The notes under the pieces: model-generated | The model's database searches: none | Told to the model about the DNA's origin: nothing | Seen by the model: the letters and a program-made list of their open reading frames with translations, nothing else | In this document: positions 24,154-35,579 of the stretch, in pieces | Position numbering within the stretch: position 1 is the first letter of the stretch | Layout of the letters: every line of letters begins with the position of its first letter | DNA from: Asterias rubens | Taxonomy: Eukaryota | Assembly (NCBI RefSeq): GCF_902459465.1 | Contig: NC_047071.1 | Coordinates: 8,928,001 to 8,992,000 of the forward strand | Direction: 5' to 3' | Length of the DNA stretch: 64,000 bases | Made by a program: the position numbers and the translations under genes

Positions 24154-24624
24154 TTAAAGGAAATAAATTTACAATATGGATGAATACCTAAACTGATATT
24201 GCTAGCAATATCCCCCCCCAGATTTATTTATTTATTTTTTACTTATAATAATAACGTCATTGTTTTGCTTAATGTAGGCCCCCTTGACTACATCACAAAA
24301 TTCCTAAACAATATAATATGAACACAGCAAACAAACAGATACGTCTGATTCCACAGAAGAGCAAAATTTTGTCCCAACAGAAATTGTTAAAAGCTGTTTT
24401 TAATCTCTGTTTATATTAAATTATACAGTAAGTGGTTCTACAGGAAAACCAATTTTGTCCCAAATGAAATTGTTAAAAGTTATTATTAAAACTATGTTTT
24501 ATATTAAATGATACAGTAAGTGGTTCTACATTTAGGAGAGCAAATTTTGTCCCAATCGAAATTGTTAAAAGTTATTATTAAACTATGTTTTATAATGACA
24601 CGGTAAGTGAAGTTGCTTTGCAAT

Positions 24625-24935
24625 AGGTCTGGAGTTCTGGTGATAAAGTCATCGGGGTGTGGTTCGAATGCTGGTCATGAAACTTGTGCCCTTATAGGCA
24701 AGATGCTTTACTATAATTGCTTCTCTTCACCAAGGGGTAGAACCTGTGAGGGTAGAATTAGGTCGATTGTGTTGACACTATACATACATATATGCTTGCA
24801 GAGTCCCATTGCAGCCCAGGGCTGTATACTCCCCCAATGGAGCTGAGAACGATTACACGATTGTAATTGGCCTAATGACCATGGGGCAGGATAACAAGCG
24901 CATTGATAAGAAGTAGTTATTATAATTATTATAAT
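24625..24935 (+). mobile_element. tRNA-derived SINE (family B, CORE-like middle)
   Basis: B box GGTTCGAATG; contains GGCTGTATACTCCCC; ends in AGCGCATT and a (TAT)n tail. Matches 32977-33333 and 39143-39463. Confidence 0.75.
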
Positions 24936-27559
24936 ACACTTGGTAAGAACAGAGACAGCAACAAACCCCAGAGAAGTAAACAAGAACATATATTTTAGAC
25001 GTATACAGACAAAGCAGGGCTTGATATACCCAACCGCTGGTCAGTCTCCAGCCTCCGATTTCACCAAACTCTTCCTAACTTAGGATCATTCTCAGGACTT
25101 ACAATAAAGGACGAGTTAGTTTCCGTATCCACAGACGTTAGGACGCATTGAACCCATCCTAAGTTAGGACCGGTTACTTGTCCTAACTCGAGATAGGATT
25201 CGTTTCGTGAAATCGGCTGTAGTGGTTTAGCAATGGGGGCGGTAACGGTTATGTACATGTAGTCTTGTGTTTTTTTCTCCAGTGCATCTACAATGGACCT
25301 TTACAGATTCACTGATGAATGTAGTTCATTTTTTTTTTTTGCCAATATGACTCAACAATTTAGATGTAAATTCAAAAAAGATTTTGCAGGGGTTTTTCTT
25401 TTTTAAACAGTTAAAGGACATGTACATTACAAGCCCTGACAATACATACTTGTATAATACATACAGTACAGTGGTTTACAGACATAATTTTGAAAGATTA
25501 ATGCAGCATTTATACATAGTACATTTATTTTCGAAAATACAAACACCCAGAGGTGAAGAAAAAGTAACAAATTATAAATATCACTTTTTTTTTTCACAGC
25601 AAAACAAAAACAAAACGAAGAATAAATAAAACGCCTCCTGTGCGCCAAGATCAGTTTTCCATCAAAGTCAGCAGTGATCTACACTGATTTGGTCAAAGTT
25701 CAACAATAAACATCCAGAGCGCTATTAGTCTTACGTCAATCAATCAATCAGGCAATAATTATTTCCATACAAACACAAAATACCAAAAAAAAACAACAAC
25801 AGGATTTTACAAGGCTGAAAACTGATTGGAGGCATGGCCAATTAAAGCAATTAGCTTGTAGGCTGGGCGGATGCCTTTATGGTGAACTGCAAGATTTCCA
25901 AAAAACACATTGGTCATGTTGGTGTGGTTGGGTATAATTAAAAAAAAAGGCCCTGAACAAAGACTAATGAAAAGAGCACCTCAAGACTGTCCATCTGATA
26001 ACAAAAAGATAGATCGGACAGTTTTGGCGATTAAGCCGTGTCCAAACTGATGGCTACAGCTCTGGCTAGGTCACTGCTTCATTATGCCTTATAGACCGTA
26101 TTGAACGATCCCTTTGCTGCTATGAAAGTCCCAATCTTGTATAGGGCAAACTGTATGCGCGTCTAAATGCGTACATCAAAGAAACACGCAGCACGCAGCG
26201 ATCCCGGTTTGATTTCCACGGCGCACAAGCACGCACAAACACACACACCCCCGCTCACGGACGCCATCTTTTGGGGTAGATATTTGAACGGTGATGACGT
26301 CATATTCAATACATTCTATTATAGGATTTCCTTATGCTACTCTCACATTGTGATGAATATTCTTGCGAATATGAATATTTGAAATACGCGATGAATTCGC
26401 GCCAAAATTGCAATTGGATAGTGAATATTGTCTTGATCTTCCCTTGAACTCTCCCTTACCAATATTTTACGAATAATACGCACGCCTTACCAATGTTACC
26501 AATGGGTTACCAATGCTTACAAAACCGATGGCGAATTGCCGTCTTCAACAACTTTCGCTGAAATTTAGGAAGGACTTTGCATTGCTGCTTTCAGTCTTTG
26601 GCGAATGTCCTTGGGAAGATGAATATTTGAACATTGCAGTGAATTTGTCAAAAAATGGCAATTGAATAGTGACAATTTTCATCTCGGTCTCACCCCTCAA
26701 TTACCAATATCTCATGAATATATTATGAATGCTTAGCAATGCTTTCCAATGCCTTTACGAACTTTGCCAATGCTTACGATCTTCATAAGGAGGTGGGGAG
26801 TACAGTAATTTGTGAAAGTTTCAAATTTGTTACCAACGCTTACGAAGACAGGGCCAATGTTGCAAAGTTTGAGCGAGTGTGTAATATTTCCATTTGTAAG
26901 CAGATTCGCTTGCATATTCTTCACAGTGTGATAGTAGCATTAACTACAGTCGAGTTTTAGCTGTAACAATTCAGATTTGGCGATAAGCCACAAGAACTTA
27001 CCGGAAGCTTTTGGAAAGCTCTAGGTGATAATCTAAAATATGATTTTATGCACGATTCATCTAATAAAAAATTGAGCCCTGGCTGGCCTGAAGCACACGG
27101 CAAAGTTCAAATTGTGAATACAATATTCTATAATACATTAACATCTAGATGTACAGAATACATTCAATACTTTGTCTTTTAATTCACCACAAAAAAAACC
27201 TGCAGGGATTCTTCAATTTTTACTAAAATAAAAAGAAGATATTCTTATAAACATGCAGTTGCTTATAGCTACAGATTTTTCCTGATGATTAAAATTCTGC
27301 TGGTATATATAAAAAAAAATAAAAAAAAACATCAGTTAATTTCCTATGATGATAAATGAATGTCCAATTGCATTGAACGTGATTTTAAACCATTATAAAT
27401 TACAATTTTGTAAAAAGCATTGCACTGCAAGTATTTCATGTATTCTTTTGTCCATTCCTGGCCCTATTTTCTAAACAATTAACGTCTTCTCACAAAAAGC
27501 TGACATGAAGCAAACTTTATAAAAACTATACACACAGAATTTCTAAACAATGCACTCTA

Positions 27560-27668
27560 GGGTGCGTTTTGGCGGCTGTAACCAATAGTTGTTTCTGACG
27601 TCATAACGAAAACGGTAACCGCGCTCACAACTCGGTTATCACTCGGTTATCGTCGCCAAAACGCACTC
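27560..27668. mobile_element. Short MITE
   Basis: TIR GGGTGCGTTTTGGCG/CGCCAAAACGCACTC. Confidence 0.6.
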
Positions 27669-28978
27669 CTGCTATATTTATAAGAAAGCACAAATTAATA
27701 ATGAGTCTTCAAGACCCAATAGAGCTCACTCGGAATCAGAAAGTAAACAATACATTCCTATTCTATTTTACTGCAATAGATACACAGATGCAGGACAAGT
27801 CCTTATCTGAACTACATGTACGTGTAGGTAGTCGACAGATATTCAGATCCACTTTTGTTGCAGAAAACGAATCAAAGAACAAGTTTTTCTCTAAACTAGG
27901 TACATTGCTAGAGTACTGATTACCAATCTACTTCCAAGCAGAAGACAAAAAAATGGACACATTCCTCTCTTTGGAAAAATAATGATGACACTTATTTTTG
28001 TCTCATTGCCGTTCAAAATAATTGTGTTATAGAAAACTAGGAAGCTTTTAAACAATTCTGAAACAGTGTGCACAACTGTCTGTGCAACACTTACACAATC
28101 TATACACATTACAAGTTTCCTAATTTAGTTGATGTATTGTTATAATTTACAATCTCAAAGCATCAAATTCGTAAAAAATATTGTTATCCTCTACAAAATA
28201 AACCAAACACAGGCATATTACTCGGGTGGGATTCGAACCCACGACCCTTGCAACTTCTTACAACATCGAAACCTGTTACGTCTTCTCTTTACAGAAAAAT
28301 GTTCACACCCTGAAACTACTTACACAAATTTAAATTGAAACAAACCCATTTAACACATGAATTTGTCACAAACATCTAGGCGCATGGCGTTTGGTCTAAG
28401 CTGACTCTGCTAAACTTTTAAATCTACTCAGTACTGTTATATCAGATTGACATAATTTTATTTCCTCTTTTTAAAAACTTTGAATACAGTCTCCTGTAGA
28501 CCTACGGCCGACGAATCCGCACACAAACAAATCTGTTGCCGTTGTTACTTAGAATATCGTCCTCCAATGTTAACCCAAGCTCCAGAGATGCAAGCACACA
28601 CACAATTCTCTGGACGAAAACTACAAAACAAACAGCATTCTTTTTTTAAACAGTATTGTGAAAGACGTTCATCGACGCACCTCTGCAGATACAGCTCCAG
28701 GGCAAATCCTACCACGGGCCTGGAATTACAAGCGTGCCATGAAGGCTATGGTCTTGGTGTCCCTTCAAAAGTCTCCAATTGACTTTAAGATTTTCCAATG
28801 GAAGTGCCCTTAGCACAATGAAAATGGTTGTGCCCTCTCAAAGATGAAATCCCAGGGCTGCTACCCTAAAAAACTTACAGATTCTCAGCACAAAGTGGAT
28901 CGCCTTGGAGTCATCATTCTCTGTTTGGGTCCGGATTTCAGTTCAAATCGCAACCTGGCAAGCACAATGATGTCTTCA

Positions 28979-31900
28979 TCACACCCTGTTGTCCTCTTCA
29001 CTGTCTGTTGTAGTGTGTAATATTTGGGCTAAACGGGTCAGCCCTTCTTTGGCGCTGGCAAGGTCGTCCCTGGAGCAGAGCTGTAGTACTGTGTCACGAC
29101 CTGCTCTCAAGTTGTCTAGGTTGAGGGCATCGGAAAGCTGTGGTAATATGGAATATACAGTACAGCGAATCAGAAAATTTGAAACTTTGAATTATGATAA
29201 ATAATGATAATACAAGCATTTGTAAACATGGTAAAGCGCATTTTCCAATTATTGCAATGGTGAGGGCATTTCATTTCAGAGAGAAACGTTGTATTGAACA
29301 GGAACCTTCTAAGATGAAAAAAAAGTGAGTTTAGGTTTGAATTGAATAGCAGGCTTGTGCTATGGGTCCCTACTCGGGTCACATACAGTGGACACCTTGT
29401 GCCAGGACTCTGGCCTGAGACGGGAGGAGCTATGTACAGCAATGAAGGACCAACGTGTTAAACAGAGGCCCATCACTCGATCTCATCACATCGTCTGACT
29501 GAATAAAAATGAATAATGAATGTTGAGAGAAAACAAGTTCTTGCTTCAGGGTACAGCTACTGAAAAGGCCTTGTCACCTGCATGTTTGAATGTGCAATGT
29601 ATTTGTCAGTAACGCTCAGAACGGAGGCTCTTATGGAAGTGTCGTGGCCAAGCGGTTTAGAGCACTGAATTCAAACTCTGGTGTTTCTGATCAGCGGAGT
29701 TAGTGTTGGAATCCCCCAGTTGTGACACTTGTATTTGTGTCCTTGAGCAAAGCACATAACCATGGCTTCGTCCTTCTGACTGCACAGCGTAAAGCCGTTG
29801 GTCCCATGTGTTGTGTACAGTAACGCATGTAAAAGAACCCAGTGCACTTATCGAAAAGAGAAGGGGTTCCCCCAGGTGTTCCTGGCTGTGGCTGCTGAAT
29901 GCGCTGTAGCACCTTGTAAACCATTATATAAAGGTGCTAAATAATTGGGTCTCATAATTCATAACTTCAATAACTTATCTGTCTGTATAAATATATACTA
30001 AGCGCCTTGACTACCTTGTTGGTAGATACGTGCGCTGTACATAAGACTTTGATATTATTTAGCAATCTAAGTATTTGCTGATTGTAAACAATTGTAACCC
30101 TAGGCACTGTAAACTTCTTCCATGGTTTCTCTGACATCCAATTTCAAATAAGGTGAATTAACCACTGGTTTAAAACCTTGGACAGCACTTTTCCAATTGT
30201 TGTCCTTGACTAATTTTGAAAAGGTCCCTATATAAGCAGAGTCATTAATACGGCCCCTCGAGATGGAGCTTTACCTGGTCTTTATCGCGAGCTGATGACT
30301 TATCCTGGTGACTGGCTAGAATCAGAAGGGGTAGACCCAGTAAGGAGGCATGCGTCAGGGTAGTGGATAACACATCCGATACCTACGAGCAAACAATACA
30401 AAACTTTAAGAAACACATTTACGTACGGATAAAAAAAAAATTGCTTGTCATATGAAATCTGCTCCACTAAGAAAAGTATTCATTCAAAACTTTTTCAAAA
30501 GAGTATAGGTCATTATGAGATTAAATTATGAGACTTGGTGCTAATTCAATCAGTTTTCTTTAAGTTATTAATCATACTATTTTGTATACAATTTTCCAGC
30601 GAGTTGACCAGCCATTTGAGACCATTTAACTGCAAAGGTTGTTTACTAAGGTGGTAAAACTTTGCATAGACCCAACTGTGTAATTGTGAGTATTGTGTGC
30701 AAACACCACATGATATCATTTTGCTGGCTGGCATCATTTATCTGTCATTCAAAACCACAGTGGATGAGATTAAAGGGTTTGACAGTAGGAGGGTTAACTG
30801 TGTGTTGTGGTGTTACATTCACATTTCATATTGCAGGCTGGCATAGTTAATTTATCATTACATATCACAGTGGATGATGTTGGAGAGTCAGACAGTGGGA
30901 GGGTTAACTGTGTGCTGTGTTTTTACATTTACATTTCATATTGCAGGCTCCCATAGTTTCTATCTTTCAAAACCATCCTTGATAATGTTGGAGGTTCAGA
31001 CAGTAGGAGGGATAACTTTGTGTTGTGTTCATGCATCCACAAGATACAATATTGCTGCTAGCATAGTTTATCAATCATATTGTACCACAGTGGATGAGAT
31101 TGAAGGGTCACACAGTAGGAGGGACAAACAAGTTATATATACCTCTTGTAAATCACTGTCAGAGCAGGCACTGTCAAGAACAAACACAATGGCTTCAGTC
31201 CCTTCATAATATCGATGCCAGTGAGGTTGTATATTTGACCCACCTGTAAAATAAAAATAAAATAAAACTAAAATATGTAATGAGCACTTTGAGACACCAT
31301 AAATAAAATGCTTTATAAAAATTGTGTAATGTGTTGTTATTATTTTTATTTATTTATGAATTAATAGGCCTACCTCAGACAATTTACAGACTCTGATTGG
31401 CCAAAACCGATCACATGGGGATATACTAGCGGGTGATAAAGGACCGACTTTGGAAATTAGCGAATAAATGGCCCCTAAACCAGCATACATTGTGTAAACT
31501 ATAGATCTACACTTACAGTTGTGCCTATTTCAACCCCAGTGCTTTGGGAACTGTGCCAAGTGCTCATACCAAACCAACACAATGACTACATGTACTTCCA
31601 CATTAAGCTACCCCATTCAGAGGTACCCTGGCCAGGTCTTGGCCACTTCTGGACTTTTTCCATCTCCTTCAAAGCTACATTTACCTGTATATCCCCCGGC
31701 AACGCTGTGTCAATGAGATGACACACCTTCGCCCAATCTTAGACTACAAAATCCAGATGCCTATGTTTTATAACATGATTAGTCTGAACATTGAAGCCCA
31801 AGAGGATTCATTCTTGACCTGGTCGTTCTCTGCAACTTTCTCTGGAACATGATCATACCATTCCGCAAGACTTATTGAGACTTACCTCCTAACTCTTTGC

Positions 31901-33430
31901 AGTTTAGTACGGCATCTTCAAGAGGAACTGCTTTTATACTGAAACCTGCAACGTAATTCAAAGAAATTAAAACACATTTATTTCAATGCTATCTTTTATC
32001 CATATGCATTCAAACATTTTGCTAGATTAACGAATTATTTGAGTAAACCCCCCCCCCAAAAAAAAAAAATGGCACTATTGCTACACCTAAAAGGACAGGA
32101 ATATTCTGAATATATATGACAATAAATACTTATTAAAGTATTGATGACGTCAAAAAAACCGTTCTACCAGAAAGGCAATCAGAACCTTTTGGATATTATC
32201 AAGTCTTGAATTTGGAATTTTTTTATTGGCACTCCGCTTCATACAAAACGTGTCAACTACATATTAAGTTCATACTTTATAAACGTTAATTGCGAATGCA
32301 AAGCGAACATTAAATGGGCGCATTGTGGCTGAGTGTTTAAGTGAAATGAACGTAACCGACTGCTTTGGAAATTTGCTTTTGTGTAAAGTATGAACCAGTC
32401 AGCAACTAAGACACCCTTTTTTCCAGTTGATACCAAGTTTTTTACAACCACATCTCCTAATTCTAGCAAGAAACTTGCTTACCAACTGTAGGCACAATTT
32501 CTTCATTCTTCTCCCCGCACAGCAGAGTAAGCAGGGTGGTCTTCCCTGCTCCAGACAGCCCCAGACAGACTGCAGTGTACTGTGGTCTAGGTGGTGGCTC
32601 ACGCTGACAGCAAAGCTTCTGACAACACTGCAATCAAATAACAACAACTATGGACTTTTGGAATAATCTTCCAGACAAGTATGCTTTGTTTTTGAAAGGG
32701 CAAGGGCACCAAGACATTTTCTCCTCATTAAATTGAGTAAATTGTAAATTTCTACTGGAGCATAACTTCAGTTTGGGCTTGAGTTTGGACTCCATCATCA
32801 ATTTCGAAGCAGTGTACAATTTGCACAGTGGCTCAACATGGGTAAAGTAATTTAGTTTCCTTTGCTTCACAATCACAATTAACAAATAAAAATCAAACTG
32901 AGCCGGAGCCGAAGTTTTGTAATTAAGTTCCTGGCACAAAGCATGAACTCTATTTCAAACTCAAACCAGTCATTGTGGGGTGTCGTGGGCGAATGGATAT
33001 TAGAACACCGAACTCAAGCTCTGATGCTGCTGTTCAGCCGAGTGTGGGTTCGAATCCCGGTCGTGACACTTGTGTCCCTGAGCAAGACACTTAACTATAA
33101 TTGCTTCTCTCCCCCCAGGGGTAAATGGGTACCTGTGAGGGCAGAGATAGTTCTTGTGATTGGTTTAGCCGAGTAGCGCATATATTGCGCACAGGCTGTA
33201 TACTCCCCAGGGAGCTGAGATGGTTTAAGGAATGATTTAAGGCCTAGTGACCAGGGGTAATAATGCCGGAAGCGCTTTGAGACACCCCTCGGGTGTGAAA
33301 AGCGATACATAAAAATGGTCTATTTATTATTGTTAGCTACAATTATGTGAACACGTTTTACCCTATGAGTTCCAATTCTACACATCGCCCAGAAGATTCC
33401 ACAGTACTGGCTGGCACGAGAGCTCCCCAT
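28979..33430 (-). CDS. ARL15: ADP-ribosylation factor-like protein 15
   Basis: Exons 33430-33362, 32627-32483, 31945-31886, 31243-31143, 30382-30275 and 29137-28979 total 642 nt (213 aa), all phase-consistent GT-AG. Motifs: LCCQREPPPRPQY, P-loop GLSGAGKT, ARL15-type KELGG, WHRYYEGTEAIVFVLDSA, LPLLILASHQDK. The first coding exon is the least certain. Confidence 0.93.
29635..30060 (+). mobile_element. tRNA-derived SINE (family A) with L2-like 3' tail, in ARL15 last intron
   Basis: A-box-like TGGCCAAGCGG; body AAAGAACCCAGTGCACTTATCGAAAAGAGAAGGGG; tail GCGCCTTGACTACC...GGTAGATACGTGCGC...ATTATT. Confidence 0.85.
30710..31130. repeat. Diverged minisatellite, about 110-bp unit, about 4 copies
   Basis: ACAGT(A/G)GGAGGG recurs at 30782, 30892, 31000 and 31112 (periods 110, 108, 112). 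It lies in an ARL15 intron next to a donor site. Confidence 0.85.
32977..33333 (+). mobile_element. tRNA-derived SINE (family B, CORE-like), antisense within an ARL15 intron
   Basis: B box GGGTTCGAATCCC; GTGTCCCTGAGCAAGACACTTAAC and CCCAGGGGTAAATGGGTACC; (TAT)n tail. Confidence 0.85.
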
Positions 33431-33877
33431 GGTGCTGGGTTTACCAATCAGCAACGACTTTAATTACAGCGAGTGTTGTACTGAGCAAAAACAACAAGAG
33501 GTATGCTTCACAACAGACTTAAGTCATAGACGCTTCACATGGTAGGGAACTGGAAGACGCAGCAAGTTAACCTGTAACAGAGATGAGATGGGACGGATAT
33601 TGATTGGTAACAAAAAAAGTAAATTACTTGTGACCCCTCTATTTGTGGGACACTTTTATTTGTTTGGCCATCTCTATGCCTTTAAGTATTGTCACCTTAG
33701 CAATGGGCATTTTTTGAGACCCTTCCCTACACTTTTGTTCATCAATACCATCAATTATCGCAACTACTAGGCCCTATCTACAAAGAAATGTTTTCAAACA
33801 TAAACATTGATCATTCCCGGCCCCTCCCTCCCACTCCCCAGTTCCCCCACCACAGCCCACCTAAGTGACCACCACAT

Positions 33878-34422
33878 GGGGGCTGGTCATCTCGCCACCT
33901 AGCAAGCTAGCCACAAACAAAGTCGCCCCCTGCAAAGTCGCCCCCTAACCGGCTCGCCCCGAGTTGTTACAAAGTCGCCCCCTGACAATGTCGCCCCCAA
34001 ACAATGTCGCCCCCTAGCAAAGTCGCCCCCTGACAATGTTGCCCCCAGCCAATGTCGCTCCCTAGCAAAGTTGCCCCAAGAAAATAGTTAAGGGTTAGGG
34101 TTAGGGTTAGGGTTAGACCTTCCACAAGCACATTACTTCATACGGAATTTTTTCTGAAAATGTTTTAACTATATTTTTTTACCATAATTATTGTAGCCTT
34201 AATTATTTTCCGAACAACATCTGGGGGCGACTTTCCTAGGGGGCGACATTGGCTGGGGGCGACATTGTCAGGGGGCGACTTTGCTAGGGGGCGACATTGT
34301 TTGGGGGCGACATTGCCAGGGGGCGACTTTGTTTCAACCCGGGGCGAGCCGGGTAGGGGGCGACTTTGCAGGGGGTGACTTTGTTGGTGGCGAGCTTGTC
34401 AGGTGGCGAGATGACCAGCATT
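33878..34422. mobile_element. Foldback/MULE-like non-autonomous element with internally repetitive TIRs and a (GGGTTA)4 tract
   Basis: Inverted arms of about 200 bp built from AAAGTCGCCCCC-type units. CCACCACAT is duplicated at 33869-33877 and 34423-34431 (9-bp TSD). The telomeric tract is at 34092-34116. Confidence 0.8.
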
Positions 34423-35579
34423 CCACCACATCACCTGCACATGCAGTCCAGTGATGCACGTGTGACATCATTGACAACTGGAAGTACTGTACTGACTTTT
34501 GTTATAAATCATGTTGTAGTCTTGTATTTTTGTAGCCGTTCAGTCATCATGAAGACACGATTAAATTTAAAAGCAAACCTTGCCCTAGGCTGTTGAACCA
34601 TCCATGGAAGAATGATTTTTTTCCTCCATGTGAAAACTACGCCATTGCTAGTGCTGTGGGACATCCCCCATCCATAAATTCCATTCAATCACTTCTCAGA
34701 AGTTCAGTGCATGTGCACATACACATGCAACGGACTTTTACCATGTTTACGGACACGACTGATTCGTTGCACATAAATGACAACAACCTGCCTGAACCTA
34801 ATCTGGGCGGGCTGGTAACAAATATCTTGTGACAATATAAATTCATCATAACCAGACATCAAACTAAGTAAATAAGCACATGGTTCCATACCATTGTTAT
34901 TGGTGAAATCTGTTTACAACTTGCACTGCATGCAGGTAGTCGCACCGCTCATCTCACATCAGTCAGAGTTGAGCATCTCCTGAATAGAGAGAATAGGGCC
35001 AGCCAGATGAACTTTTCATGCAAAAATTGACCTATCCCCCACCACCGCCACTGTTTCATGTTAAATTGATGTCAACACTTTTCTTCTTATCTTTTTCAAA
35101 TAAACTATTTATACACAAAAACATCTCTTAAAATTAAATAATAATTTGTAAGAAAAACAATTTGGTCGCAAATCATAGATTGTTTAATCAAAAGCTTGAA
35201 ATATAGGGGGAAATAGCATCTTGCTTGTTGGTTAATATTCTCTAGCACAGCCGTGTCCAAAGAGCAGTGAAACAGAAATGACATCATTTATTAGACTTCC
35301 GTACAGTCCAAAAAGAAAATCCCCAATTCCCAGCAAATTTTAACTGATTCAAAAGCCAGAAGTTTAAACAAAATCAATAGTTTGATATATAAATGGAAAG
35401 GATTCCTGTTTTTCAACAAATTTAATGGTACTTCTTAAGAATAAGAGCAATATGGCCTTCTGAATTTAAATTACAATGTATTTCAAAAAAGACGGACGAA
35501 CTTAGACAAGTTTAATTTATTGGGTCGAACCATGACATCCCGTGTGTTTTTTTGCATATAATTATTGTGCGATGCAAAT

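Noticed and set aside
34092-34116. (GGGTTA)4 as a chromosome end or fusion scar
   Set aside because: Only four units, lying inside a TIR element.
33920-34400. Regularly spaced GTCGCCCCC repeats as a CRISPR array
   Set aside because: The units are about 15 bp with no unique spacers, they are arranged as inverted arms with a TSD, the context is eukaryotic, and there are no cas genes.
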